Positions 1 through 10,960 of a DNA stretch of 64,000 bases are shown here, piece by piece. The DNA is taken from positions 2,560,001-2,624,000 of the forward strand of contig OZ253496.1 in the NCBI GenBank assembly GCA_965262115.1. Reading direction: 5' to 3'. This stretch comes from Nitrospinales bacterium (GTDB lineage Bacteria > Nitrospinota > Nitrospinia > Nitrospinales > VA-1). The translations under genes were made by a program, and so were the position numbers. The stretch's first letter is position 1; every line of letters begins with the position of its first letter. Under the pieces are notes generated by a model, which was given only the letters and a program-made list of their open reading frames with translations, did no database searches and was not told where the DNA came from.

Positions 1-831
1 TTGACCTTGCGGGAAAGTAGTAATGGCAAGTTCGAATAATTTTTGGGCGAGATTGACTCCGGAAAAATTCTCTCGGCCTGAAAGCTCCTCATTGACTAAT
101 CTCAAATCTTTCAGCATGTCTTTTACTTTAAATCCCGCGGAATAATCCGATTGAATCATTTTGGGACCTAAGTTGGACAAAGCCCATGATCCGGCTGCTC
201 CAGTACTGCATATTTCAATTACCAAATTTGGGTCAATTTCCTGAATTTCAGCAAGTCGCATTGCTTCAGATAAAGCCACCATGTTAATACCGCAAAGAAT
301 TTGGTTCACTAATTTAATGGCTTGTCCACTCCCAACCGGACCACAATGATGAATATTTTTTCCTAGAACCTTCAGGAGGGTCAATGAATCTGAAAAATCT
401 TTATCCGTCCCTCCCACCATAATGGTCAAAGACCCATTCTTTGCACCACTATCTCCTCCGGAAACATGGGCATCCAAAAACCTTAATCCTATTTGCTTTA
501 ACCTGAGCCCTAAAGATTTTGCCGCCTTGGTGCCAATAGTACTGAAATCGATTATTAAGGAGCCCTTTTTAGCATTCTCAACCACACCCCCCGAACCAAA
601 AAGAACTTTTTCGACATCCGGCGCATCGGACACACAAATAAAAATGAAATCAACATTGTTAACGGCCTCCTCAATGCTTTTAGTTACTTTGCAACCCGCC
701 TTTTTGGCGATTTGAATACCGGGGTTAGTAGTCGTTCTGTTCCAAACATTCGTTACCAATCCTGAGCGACCCAGGTTGGCAGCCATAGCCGCACCCATAA
801 TTCCCATTCCCAAAAAAGCGTGTTTTGGCAT
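1..831 (-). CDS. NAD(P)-dependent oxidoreductase, 3-hydroxyisobutyrate / 2-hydroxy-3-oxopropionate reductase family (runs off left edge)
   Basis: Manual translation begins MPKHAFLGMGIMGAAMAANL (Rossmann GxGxMG) and includes FLDAHVSGGDSGA and GSGQAIKLVNQ; not in ORF track because truncated. Confidence 0.85.
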   Translation of the reverse strand, partial: MPKHAFLGMGIMGAAMAANLGRSGLVTNVWNRTTTNPGIQIAKKAGCKVTKSIEEAVNNVDFIFICVSDAPDVEKVLFGSGGVVENAKKGSLIIDFSTIGTKAAKSLGLRLKQIGLRFLDAHVSGGDSGAKNGSLTIMVGGTDKDFSDSLTLLKVLGKNIHHCGPVGSGQAIKLVNQILCGINMVALSEAMRLAEIQEIDPNLVIEICSTGAAGSWALSNLGPKMIQSDYSAGFKVKDMLKDLRLVNEELSGRENFSGVNLAQKLFELAITTFPQGQ

Positions 832-1009
832 AATCTACTTATCCTTCAATTTATTTAAAATTCCCAAATTGCATACTGTGTGAGCGTAGCACTCATTGAG
901 GTTTTCATCTGTCCATCACGCTTATAAATTTTGACCCACTTGACAAAGCAATCTAAAACCCCAAGATTATAGTGGTCTTTAAAAAAAATTACGGTAAGGA
1001 GTATCAGTC

Positions 1010-1204
1010 ATGAACAAAGATTCCTGGATCGCACTGATAATCGCCAGTATCATCACTATTATAGCAGCAACACCGCTTTACTATTCCCGTGACTATGCCC
1101 GTGGGCCGAAAGGTAAATTTTTGGAAGGTTCGGATACAAAACTGACGGAGCCCATGAAGCGAACAGAAAGAAAAACCGAGCCACTATCAGAGGATACCGA
1201 ATAA
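1010..1204 (+). CDS. small hypothetical protein with N-terminal TM helix
   Basis: AAGGAG RBS, hydrophobic N-terminus, charged tail. Confidence 0.6.
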   Translation: MNKDSWIALIIASIITIIAATPLYYSRDYARGPKGKFLEGSDTKLTEPMKRTERKTEPLSEDTE

Positions 1205-1251
1205 TAGGTTCCTGAAACAGGATAATAACCAGCTTTTGTTAGTGATCAACT

Positions 1252-1770
1252 ATGAATGAAGAAGAAAAAGTAGTTTCAGAAAAAGAATTGAAACAGGAGG
1301 GAGAAATAGCCCTGTTTGAAGGAAAACCATTCAATGGTGTTTGTATTGATTTCTATGAAAATGGACAGAAATCCTTCGAGGGACATTTCAAAAATGGAAA
1401 AGAAGAGGGTCTTCATACTGAATGGTACGAAAACGGGCAGAAATCCTGCGAAGGACATTTCAACAAAGGAAAAGAAAAGGGTCTTCATACTCAATGGTTT
1501 GAAGATGGGAAGACAGAATTGGAAGGACAATACAAAGATGGTACTGAAGAGGGTCTTCATACTAGTTGGTATGAAAACGGACAGAAAGCAGGTGAAGAAC
1601 ATTATAAAAATGGAAAAGAAGAGGGTCTTACGGTGATTTGGTATAAAAACGGACAAAAAAATATTGAGAAATATTACAAAAACGGAAAAGAAGAAGGACT
1701 TTGGATTGAATGGTCAGAAGAAGGAAAGAAAATATATGAGGGGCATTTCCAAGATGGAAATGAATTATAG
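1252..1770 (+). CDS. MORN-variant repeat protein (YwqK-like antitoxin family)
   Basis: 24-aa repeats of type EGHFKNGKEEGLHTEWYENGQK. Confidence 0.85.
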   Translation: MNEEEKVVSEKELKQEGEIALFEGKPFNGVCIDFYENGQKSFEGHFKNGKEEGLHTEWYENGQKSCEGHFNKGKEKGLHTQWFEDGKTELEGQYKDGTEEGLHTSWYENGQKAGEEHYKNGKEEGLTVIWYKNGQKNIEKYYKNGKEEGLWIEWSEEGKKIYEGHFQDGNEL

Positions 1771-1975
1771 GAAGGGTTGGATACGTCTGGGAATCGTAGT
1801 TTTTGCCCTATTGGTGTTAGGATTTATAATTCCGTTTTTAAAAATATATAATTTCAGTGCTTTCAATTCAGGCGTTTCTACAATAATTGGGCTGATTGCC
1901 CTTTTATGGCTGATTTATAGCGTCTTCTCGTGGGTTTCCGATGGATTTAAGAAAAAAGGAAGCCCATATGTTTAA
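1760..1975 (+). CDS. small 2-TM hypothetical membrane protein
   Basis: ATG overlapping end of MORN gene; MNYRKGWIRLGIVV..., two hydrophobic segments. Confidence 0.6.
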   Translation: MNYRKGWIRLGIVVFALLVLGFIIPFLKIYNFSAFNSGVSTIIGLIALLWLIYSVFSWVSDGFKKKGSPYV

Positions 1976-2092
1976 TTTGAATGAAGGTGGAAATGCGCAA
2001 AAACAACTTGGAAAAAGGCAACAGGATAAAACAAAAAGTATTTAAAATCCTGGAATGCTAGCTTGAGTTCCTCTGGGAGTTTAACTAATCCG

Positions 2093-2395
2093 CTATATTT
2101 CGAGCACGATTTCATCGTCCTCGACCTTGACCACAAAAGTGCCAAGCTTTGCTTGCGGATTCATCTTGCATTCCCCGTTGGTGACATCGTATTGCCATCC
2201 GTGCAGAGGGCAAGTGATGATGTTTCCCTCCAATTCCCCAGTGCCCAGTGACCCTCCTTTATGCAAACAGGTATCGTCTATGGCAACAAACTTTCCTCCC
2301 ACGTTAAATACGGCAACGCTTTGTCCTTCTACAGTAAAGGTTTTCCCTGTTCCTTCCGCCAATTCCGATTTTTTCGCCAATTTATGAGCCGCCAT
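2093..2395 (-). CDS. Rieske [2Fe-2S] ferredoxin (dioxygenase ferredoxin/NirD-like)
   Basis: CLH...CPLHGW Rieske motifs; AGGAG RBS. Confidence 0.9.
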   Translation of the reverse strand: MAAHKLAKKSELAEGTGKTFTVEGQSVAVFNVGGKFVAIDDTCLHKGGSLGTGELEGNIITCPLHGWQYDVTNGECKMNPQAKLGTFVVKVEDDEIVLEI

Positions 2396-2643
2396 AATCA
2401 GTTCTCCTATAATAAAAAGCTTTGTAGAACATTTGAAAAGAAAAATAAATGGAAATATATTGTTTATGATTCAATTTTTGCAAGAAAGATTCGCCCCTGC
2501 CTGGAAAACAGTTAAATCGAGATTTCCAAAATGTAAAATCACACCTCGCCACATTGGCTTCTTTCTGCTGTTCTAAGTTTGACAAATAAACATGTCGAAT
2601 TTACCTAGTTATAGAAATCATTAATTTCTAAAAAGGTTACGTG

Positions 2644-2810
2644 ATGCGTTTTGAACAGATGACCATAAAACTGCAGGAAGCTTTTTCTGCCGCCCAGAGG
2701 TTGTGTTCCTCCAAACGCCAGCAGTTTTAATCATTTAATATCATCGAATCCACGCCTGACTTTCTCTCGCCCTGCTGAATGATAAATTCTCCATCGTGGT
2801 AATTCAGAAG
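2644..2810 (+). pseudogene. clpB: remnant of clpB 5' end
   Basis: MRFEQMTIKLQEAFSAAQRL then stop at 2730; LSLALLNDK follows out of frame. Confidence 0.55.
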
Positions 2811-3039
2811 AATTCCATTCATACAAAAAAGTTCATGGATTTATTCATCGGTGAAGTCATAAAAAATGGGGAATGTTTGCATCACTTTTTTTTACATCAT
2901 GGTGGTTGGCTCTATAAAAAAAGAATAGGCCGGCAACTAATGCTGATTTAGGAGTTGTCAATGCATTTATACCTTGTAAATATTGAATGCAAATCTATAA
3001 TTCATTAATAGGGTTTTTCAATAGTTTGGAGATGTAAAA

Positions 3040-3411
3040 ATGGATGGGAAGCCAAAGTATAAATTATTGGTTGTGGATGACAACGAGAAACACTGCCAGG
3101 TTGCGAAACGATGCCTGGAGGATTACCGCGAAATTGAAATAGCTCTTGGTGGTGAGAAAGCTATTTCCCAAATATATAATTTTAATCCTGCGGTGGTCCT
3201 TCTGGATGTCAAGATGCCAAGGTTGACCGGGGACGAATTGGTGAAAATGATTAAAGCCTGGAAACCCGAAATTTATGTCATCATAGTTTCTGCCCATCTC
3301 ACCCCGGAAATCGAGAGAGATTGCATGCAGGACGGTGCATCCGATTGCTTTAGCAAACCAATAGATTTTGATTTGCTCCAGAAAACGATCCAGAATTTAC
3401 TGAATTCTTAA
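3040..3411 (+). CDS. single-domain response regulator (receiver)
   Basis: LVVDD, LLDVKMP, VSA, KP receiver motifs. Confidence 0.9.
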   Translation: MDGKPKYKLLVVDDNEKHCQVAKRCLEDYREIEIALGGEKAISQIYNFNPAVVLLDVKMPRLTGDELVKMIKAWKPEIYVIIVSAHLTPEIERDCMQDGASDCFSKPIDFDLLQKTIQNLLNS

Positions 3412-3584
3412 TGAGATAAATAGCTTTCAGGAAAAAATATCTCCTTCCTCATTGCCATACAGGTTAAGATCGTTCCGTTAATATTTTTAGGAGCGGTGAT
3501 TTCTTAAGTTGTGCCTTCAAAAAACTGCTTAAAACCCAAGCCCCGTCAAGAATCCTGCCAAGCGGATAGTATCTCTACACAACT

Positions 3585-4551
3585 TTATCGTGTTTCTTCG
3601 ACAACAATGAGAAGTTGTCCAGTATGGTCTTCTTCGCCGTCCAGTTTGTTGAGCCTGTAATGACCCGTTGCGCCCAAAAATGACTTAATATTCAGAAGCA
3701 ATTTATCCTTAAATGCAGATTGAACGGGATGGTGTTTCATGCGATACAGGCTGGTGCCCCTGTTGAAATAATTTTTTAATTCATTGATCTGGATGTTTGG
3801 GTCATGATTTTCAAAAATTATAGCGCATGAATTATCAGGAGGCAGTGTTTCTGCTATTGCTTTCAGAACATATAGCTCGTAGCCTTCAACGTCAATCTTG
3901 ATGAGATGGGATGTTATTTAGAAAAAGTTCGTTCAGGTGTGTTTTGGCATCTTTTATTGAGATCTTAATATAGTCATATGCGTTCGAGGGGTCCGTTATA
4001 TTATCTTTGTCTAGAAGAATATCATTGGAGTAGGTGTTTCCTTGTCTTATATATGCGCCGCCATAATTATTTTTGGGGATGGTTAGTTCGAGTTGGTTAT
4101 TGCTCTCCCCAAGGCCAAAGTTGTTGAGTGTTACTTTGTGGTCGATGCCAAATGTGATCTCAATGTTTGTCTGTAAAATTCGATACACTTGCGGATTAGG
4201 TTCATAACAGAATATATTTTCAAAACCGTTTCCAGTAAAACAGGACGTTAATCCAATGTTTGCGCCAATATCCAGCAAGAAATTGTTATACCCATTTATT
4301 CTGTAGGCTGTTATTAGTTCCTCGGTATCGACTTCGTGTCTTCCGAAGACCAGAGGATTCCTTGCTATTACATCCCCTCCTTTTACGAAGAGGTTTGCTG
4401 CGTTTTGCGTGATTTTTTCAAATAAAACACAGTTTTTACGAATTCTCAGGAATTCAAGGTTGGAATATGAATGGTGAAAATCTTCAGCTATCTTTATTCC
4501 GCTTTTCATTTGATTATTCCAGTTAGCGTACTTACGAATTAAGTCAAACAT
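3585..4551 (-). pseudogene. FkbM-family methyltransferase, frameshifted near 3905
   Basis: LDIGANIG and YEPNP in first frame; LIKIDVEGYELYVL continues in another frame to stop at 3585. Confidence 0.75.
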
Positions 4552-4783
4552 TCTACTATGTGGACATTGTAATTATCAAGCGAGGTCGTAGGAGTTGTGT
4601 TTGCTGGTGGCATCCGGGTTAAAAGGATGTTTTGCGTGATATTCAGGCTTGAGAGGGCTTGATGACTACTGGAAAAAAAAATTTAGAAAAGGTAAAATGC
4701 AGCCTTTGTTTGACGCCGAGACTGATTAGGTCCAGCCGATTTGGAGTTCTCCAAACAATGATAAATGAATAAACATCCACAAT

Positions 4784-5720
4784 TTGGGGCAGATTGATGG
4801 CATGAAAATTTTAAGAGCCTTCGGGTTTCCATACATAGCTAAAAACCCAAATAGTATTTACATTGGCCTTATTGCCGGGGTTGGTGACCTGGTTTTAGCG
4901 GCACCTTCGATTGTCGCGGTTAAAAATAAATTTCCGAAAGCTAAATTGTGTTTCGGGGTTGGGGGCGGAATTTTCTATGACATCATTGCCAATGATCCCA
5001 ATATTGATGAATTTGACACCCCTATATTTTATTGGCCCCCAACAAAAAATGTTTGGAAAATTTTGGTGCGAAAAAAACTATTCTTCAAAAAGAGCCTTAA
5101 ATATGACCTGGTGATTTTGCTGGATGGCCCCAGTAAAAAGGGGTTGGATAAAGGACAACACTTGATTGATCTTTACGCTGAGAAGTGTGGAATAACTGTG
5201 GAGCGCCGAAGGCCCATTGTTTATCTGAATGAAGAGGATGAGGTGCAGGCAGACGTCATCCTAGAGCAGGCAGGTATTTAAAAAAGGAGAACCCTTTATT
5301 GTCCTGTCTCCTGAAACACGCTTTGCTAAAGCGGCCAAAGAGTGGCCTCGCCAGAACTTTTTGGAATTGGCTGATAAAATCCGCGAAAAGTATTTAACTA
5401 AGATAATTACTTTTGTCTCTCCAAATTCAAACAAGGATTACCCTGGAACCATTACAGTAAAAAATGCACCAACAATCCGTGCTGCTGCCTCGGTTATTGG
5501 TCGTGCTTTTTTGTTTATAGGCTGTGATAATGGGTTGACGCACATTGCTTCATCATTTGATATGAAAATGATTTCTATTCATTTAGGTCACCCCAAAAAA
5601 CGTAGTGAGCCCATTTCTCCAAATGCTACGGTTATTTTTAAGGACTCGTTTCGTGATCCTGAATCGGTCACTGTGGACCAGGTATATGAAGAGGTCGAGA
5701 AGGTTCTGAAGGATCTTTAA
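4784..5720 (+). pseudogene. glycosyltransferase family 9 (heptosyltransferase-like), frameshifted at ~5280
   Basis: GVGDLVLAAP N-half; KEWP...FIGCDNGLTHIA C-half in next frame across TTTAAAAAA run. Confidence 0.75.
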
Positions 5721-5759
5721 AAAGGATTTTATAATTTAAAACCAAAGGATCAGGTCTGC

Positions 5760-7301
5760 TTGGCGACTTCATTCAAAAAACAAATGGTTGTTCTGGTTGT
5801 TGGGGGTGTCGTTTTTATGACACTTCTTGTCATGCCGCCACTTGAGGGTTTAACGCCTGAGGGGCAGCGCATGCTGGCGGTGACCGCCCTCATGGCGGTC
5901 TGGTGGGTCGGCGAGGGTACTTCCCTGGCGGTAACGGCCTTGTTGCCTTTGGTATTGTTCCCCGTGCTCGGCATCCTGCCTAGCAAACAGGTGGCCCCCA
6001 ATTACGCCAACCACCTCATCTTTCTGTTTCTCGGTGGATTCATGATTGCTCTCGCCATGGAGAAATGGAATTTCCATAAACGTCTCGCGTTATGGATCAT
6101 TTTCGCCATTGGGACCCGCCCCCAGCGTCTGGTTTTAGGATTCATGACCGCCACCGCTTTTTTATCGATGTGGACCTCCAACACTGCATCGACCATGATG
6201 ATGTTTCCGGTTGCCATGGCGGTGGTGCGGCAAATTGCTCTAGATGCATCTTTGGATGGCGTGAAAAACTCCGAATCGCAAAAGACTATTGAACAAGGAT
6301 TAGGACTTGTCCTCATGCTGGGTCTGGCTTATTCCGCAAGTATTGGCGGGGTAGGTACCCTCATTGGCACTGCACCTAATATTGTTTTTGCCGGGTTTTA
6401 TAAAACACTATTTCCAGAGAATCCTGAAATAACTTTTTTTAAGTGGATGGTGATGGCGGTTCCAGTGGTGATAGTTTTTATTCCGATCGTGTGGTTGTAT
6501 CTGTGCCGATTCGTGTCCCCCATATCGTTAAAGAACATTTCATCCGGGAGCCATGAAATTATTCAACGGGAACTCAATGAACTGGGTCCCATCAACCGCG
6601 CTGAAAAAACTGTGGCGACCGTGTTTTGTCTCACCGCTTTTTTATGGATATTTCGTCAGCCCATTTCGTTGGGAGAATTTGTGATTCCCGGTTGGTCGGG
6701 ACTGTTTGCCAACCCAAAATACCTGCACGATTCTACCGTGGCTATGGCAATGGGAGTTTTTCTCATGATTCTACCGGTTGATGGGACAAAAGGGCAGGAC
6801 TTAAACGGCAAGCGGGAATACTTCGCGCTTGACTGGAAAACCGTGCAGGAAAAAATTCCCTGGGGTATTTTGCTTTTGTTCGGTGGCGGGTTTGCATTGG
6901 CCGGGGGTTTTGGTGCGACCGGACTCGATACATGGATCGGTGGCAAGCTTACTGGTATTGCGGGGTGGCCTTTATGGTGTGTGGTGCTCAGCATTTGTCT
7001 TGCCATTACTTTTTTAACGGAGTTGACCTCCAACACTGCCACCACCACGATGATCCTTCCTATACTCGGTGTGTCGGCGGTGGCTGCAAATATTCATCCT
7101 CTCTTTTTTATGCTGCCGACAACGCTGGCGGCATCCTTCGCTTTCATGTTACCTGTTGCGACCCCGCCAAATGCCATTGTGTTTGGTAGCGGTTGGGTGA
7201 CGATCCCTCAAATGTCACGAGCTGGTTTTGTTCTCAACTTTGTCGGGGCAGGCATCGTGACCACCACCGTTCTGCTTTTGGTCAATTCCCTGTTTCTATA
7301 G
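5760..7301 (+). CDS. DASS/SLC13 sodium:di/tricarboxylate or sulfate symporter
   Basis: SMWTSNTAS, GTAPN, SNTAT, FMLPVATPPNAIVF motifs. Confidence 0.92.
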   Translation: MATSFKKQMVVLVVGGVVFMTLLVMPPLEGLTPEGQRMLAVTALMAVWWVGEGTSLAVTALLPLVLFPVLGILPSKQVAPNYANHLIFLFLGGFMIALAMEKWNFHKRLALWIIFAIGTRPQRLVLGFMTATAFLSMWTSNTASTMMMFPVAMAVVRQIALDASLDGVKNSESQKTIEQGLGLVLMLGLAYSASIGGVGTLIGTAPNIVFAGFYKTLFPENPEITFFKWMVMAVPVVIVFIPIVWLYLCRFVSPISLKNISSGSHEIIQRELNELGPINRAEKTVATVFCLTAFLWIFRQPISLGEFVIPGWSGLFANPKYLHDSTVAMAMGVFLMILPVDGTKGQDLNGKREYFALDWKTVQEKIPWGILLLFGGGFALAGGFGATGLDTWIGGKLTGIAGWPLWCVVLSICLAITFLTELTSNTATTTMILPILGVSAVAANIHPLFFMLPTTLAASFAFMLPVATPPNAIVFGSGWVTIPQMSRAGFVLNFVGAGIVTTTVLLLVNSLFL

Positions 7302-7385
7302 CTTTAAACAGTTATAAAATAATGGGTTATGGTTTATTCCCTTAGGGTGTTGCTTTAAGGCAGGCAAACTGTTATTTAGTGTGTC

Positions 7386-10300
7386 ATGAATCCTGCCAAT
7401 TTCGTACATCTCCATCTCCATACTTCCTATAGCTTACTAGATTCTTCAATCCGCCATTCTGCCCTGTTTGAAAAGGCGGCGGAGTTTGGCATGCCTGCCG
7501 TGGCGATGACCGATCATGGCAATATGTTTGGGGTGGTGGAATTTTATAATGCAGCCCGCAAACATGGCATCAAGCCGATCATCGGGTGCGAAGTGTATGT
7601 TGCGCCTGAGAGCCGCCTTGAGAAAAATTCCAAAGACAATCTTCGCGATGCGTCTTATCACCTCATCCTTCTTTCCGAAAATGAGACGGGTTATAAAAAC
7701 CTTTTAAAACTCGTGACCAAGGGATATCTGGAAGGGTTTTATTACAAGCCGCGCATTGACAAGGAACTGCTTGCAGAATATTCGGAGGGACTGATCGCTC
7801 TGAGTTCTTGTGTTCGCGGTGAAGTCGCCCATAACGTGAACCGGGAGAATGTTCCCCGCGCTATCAAGGTGGCCAGCCAGTATGCAGAGATCATGGGCGG
7901 GGGCAACTTTTTTCTCGAACTGCAGAATCACCAACTGGAAAACCAGGACCGGATCAACAAGGAAATCATCGGTATTGGTAAAAAACTGGACCTCCCGGTG
8001 GTGGCCACCAATAATTGTCATTATATTGACCGGGAAGATTTTCGAGCGCATGAAATTCTACTGTGCTTGCAGACGGGAAAAACCATCAGCGACCCTTACC
8101 GCATGCAGTATCCCAAGGATGAATTCTATTTCAAATCACCTCAAGAGATGATCGCCCTGTTTAAAGAGACTCCCGAGGCGATTGAGAATACTTTGAAAAT
8201 TGCCGAGCGTTGTGAGCTGGAACTGGAATTTGACAAACTAAATTTGCCGGATTACCCGGTTCCGGAATCATATTCTCTTGAGACCTATCTTGAGGAGCGT
8301 TCCCGCGAGGGGTTGACAAAGAGGTTTGAAGAGTTGGAGAAACGCAAGATTGAGTTTGACCGGGAAGTCTATGAAAAAAGGTTGGAGCGGGAACTGGGAA
8401 TCATCAAGAAGATGGGCTATCCCGGTTATTTTCTCATCGTGTGGGACTTCATCCATTACGCCAAGGAAAACGGGATCCCGGTTGGACCCGGTCGGGGTTC
8501 TGCCGCGGGCAGTGTGGTTGCCTACGCCCTGCAAATTACCGATATCGATCCTATGCAATACGATTTGTTGTTCGAGCGGTTCTTGAATCCGGAACGGGTG
8601 AGCATGCCGGATATTGATATCGACTTCTGCATAGATGGGCGCGATGACGTGATCAAATATGTTACCGAGAAATATGGCGGCAACCAGAATGTGACTCAGA
8701 TCATCACTTTTGGCAGCATGAATGCCAAGGGGGTCATCCGCGATGTCGGGCGGGTTCTGGATATGACCTATGGCGAGGTCGACAAGCTGGCGAAACTGGT
8801 TCCCAACAAACTGAATGTCACGCTTAAGGACGCGTTCAAGGAGGAGCCGCAATTTGAAAAACTCCGCAAGGAAAACCCGAAAGTTGCCGAACTATTGGAT
8901 ATCGCCAAAAACCTGGAAGGGCTGGCGCGGCACTGCTCGACCCACGCCGCCGGGGTGGTCATTTCATCGAAAGCTCTGACGGAGTTTTGTCCGCTTTATA
9001 AAGGCAGTAACGACGAGGTGGTGACTCAGTATGCCATGGGCAGTGTGGAAAAACTCGGATTGCTGAAAATGGATTTTCTTGGGTTGAGAACGCTGACGGT
9101 GATCAGTAATGCCCTGAAGATGATCAAACAATCAAAAAATATTGATCTGGATATCGGCGCCATTCCCTTGAATGATCCTGCCACCTACCAGCTTCTTTGC
9201 GATGCGAGAACGCTTGGGATTTTCCAGTTGGAAAGTTCGGGAATGCGCGACCTGCTTAAAAAATTAAAGCCGGACTGTTTTGAGGACATCATCGCTCTTT
9301 TAGCGATGTACCGACCGGGTCCATTGGAAAGCGGCATGGTTGATGATTATGTTAAGCGCAAGCATGGCACGATGGAGGAAAAATATGACCTGCCGCAGTT
9401 GGAGTCCATTCTTAAAGAAACTCACGGAGTCATTCTCTATCAGGAACAGGTGATGAAGATAGCCAGTGTGCTGGCCGGGTTCAGCCTGGGTGATGCCGAC
9501 TTGTTGCGGAGAGCTATGGGCAAAAAGAAACCGGAAGAAATGGCTGCCCAGCGGGAAAAGTTTTTGAAGGGATCACGGGATAAAAATATTAATGAAAAAA
9601 AATCGGAAAAGATTTTTAACCTGATGGAAAAGTTTGCCGGCTATGGGTTCAATAAATCTCACAGCGCGGCGTACGCGCAAATTTCTTACCAGACCGCTTA
9701 CTTGAAAGCTCATTACCAGTTGGAATTTTTTGGTGCCTTGATCACCAGTGATATGGATAACACCGACAAGGTTTTGCGCTATATCCACGACTGCCGTGAA
9801 ATGAAGATCACCGTTCAACCCCCGGATGTGAACCTGAGCCAGCGGGACTTTTCGGTCTGCGAAAATATACTGGTCTTTGGCCTTGGGGCTATTAAAAATG
9901 TCGGGAGCAAAGCCCTCGACAATATTATCGAAGTCAGGCAGGAGTTGGGCCGGTTTACATCACTGGAGCAGTTGTGCGAGAACGTGGATATGCAGTTGGC
10001 CAACAAGCGGGTGTTTGAAAGTTTGATTAAAAGTGGAGCCTGCGATTCTCTGGGCCAGAGCCGGGCTCAAATGATGAATGAGTTGCAAGCTCATATGGAA
10101 CAAGGGCAGGCCAAGCAAAGGGACCGGGAGTTGGGACAGTCCAACATGTTTGATTCGTTTGCGGCCGATGCGGAGGAAGATAAGCCATCTGTCAGAAATG
10201 TGGAGGAGTGGAGCGATGCTGATCGGCTCAGGTTGGAAAAAGAAAGCATCGGGTTTTATATCACCGGTCATCCACTGGATGGGTTTACCCGGGAGCTGTC

Positions 10301-10847
10301 CTGGTTCACGGATGCAACTTCAGCCTCCATCGCAGAAGCTAGAAACGGAAAAACTGTAAGCCTGGCAGGAATCCCGATCAAACATCTTCCCAAAACTACC
10401 CGCAAGGGTGACAAGATGGCGATCATCACCCTTGAGGATTTGCAGGGATCGATAGAGGTTATCCTCTGGCCAGAAATATACAGTCAGGCTCAGTCACTTT
10501 TAATGGATGAAGTGCCGCTTTTGGTAAAGGGTAAGGTGGACTCCGAAGGTAACTTGCCAAAAGTCATCGCCAGCGAGGTCTTTCCGCTTGCCCAGGCGAA
10601 TCAGCATTTTCAGGGCAAGGTCATGATCCATTTCAGGACATTGGGTTTAGAGCGCGAGACCCTTGTAGCGGTGAAGAATATTCTTGCCTCTCACAAAGGC
10701 AACAACGATACCTGCTTACATTTTATCTTTCCGGATGAAAATGAACGTGTGGTCACGGTGGCGGATGAGTTTCGTATTCAACCTTCCGATGATGTGATTG
10801 ATAAGATCGAAGCCCTTCTAGGAGAAGATGCAATTTTGTTTGAATAG
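7386..10847 (+). CDS. dnaE: DNA polymerase III alpha subunit
   Basis: PHP domain (HLHLHT), GRGSAAGS, MPDIDIDF, YGFNKSHS. Confidence 0.98.
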   Translation: MNPANFVHLHLHTSYSLLDSSIRHSALFEKAAEFGMPAVAMTDHGNMFGVVEFYNAARKHGIKPIIGCEVYVAPESRLEKNSKDNLRDASYHLILLSENETGYKNLLKLVTKGYLEGFYYKPRIDKELLAEYSEGLIALSSCVRGEVAHNVNRENVPRAIKVASQYAEIMGGGNFFLELQNHQLENQDRINKEIIGIGKKLDLPVVATNNCHYIDREDFRAHEILLCLQTGKTISDPYRMQYPKDEFYFKSPQEMIALFKETPEAIENTLKIAERCELELEFDKLNLPDYPVPESYSLETYLEERSREGLTKRFEELEKRKIEFDREVYEKRLERELGIIKKMGYPGYFLIVWDFIHYAKENGIPVGPGRGSAAGSVVAYALQITDIDPMQYDLLFERFLNPERVSMPDIDIDFCIDGRDDVIKYVTEKYGGNQNVTQIITFGSMNAKGVIRDVGRVLDMTYGEVDKLAKLVPNKLNVTLKDAFKEEPQFEKLRKENPKVAELLDIAKNLEGLARHCSTHAAGVVISSKALTEFCPLYKGSNDEVVTQYAMGSVEKLGLLKMDFLGLRTLTVISNALKMIKQSKNIDLDIGAIPLNDPATYQLLCDARTLGIFQLESSGMRDLLKKLKPDCFEDIIALLAMYRPGPLESGMVDDYVKRKHGTMEEKYDLPQLESILKETHGVILYQEQVMKIASVLAGFSLGDADLLRRAMGKKKPEEMAAQREKFLKGSRDKNINEKKSEKIFNLMEKFAGYGFNKSHSAAYAQISYQTAYLKAHYQLEFFGALITSDMDNTDKVLRYIHDCREMKITVQPPDVNLSQRDFSVCENILVFGLGAIKNVGSKALDNIIEVRQELGRFTSLEQLCENVDMQLANKRVFESLIKSGACDSLGQSRAQMMNELQAHMEQGQAKQRDRELGQSNMFDSFAADAEEDKPSVRNVEEWSDADRLRLEKESIGFYITGHPLDGFTRELSWFTDATSASIAEARNGKTVSLAGIPIKHLPKTTRKGDKMAIITLEDLQGSIEVILWPEIYSQAQSLLMDEVPLLVKGKVDSEGNLPKVIASEVFPLAQANQHFQGKVMIHFRTLGLERETLVAVKNILASHKGNNDTCLHFIFPDENERVVTVADEFRIQPSDDVIDKIEALLGEDAILFE

Positions 10848-10960
10848 CGGGAATGAGCCACGAAAAGAGCCCGAAACACATCGTGAGTTAGTCCCGGGTT
10901 TGTGCGATAATGCCCTCTCGTTTCAAACCCTGAAATTTTTGCGAAATTAGCTGAGAAAAT

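Noticed and set aside
886..912. CIRCE element
   Set aside because: Only the left half (TAGCACTC) is present; no GAGTGCTAA after 9 nt.
1252..1770. 72-bp DNA periodicity as a non-coding array or DGR
   Set aside because: Explained by MORN-variant protein repeats; no reverse transcriptase.
7386..10847. Intein in DnaE
   Set aside because: Normal length (1153 aa) and no intein motifs.
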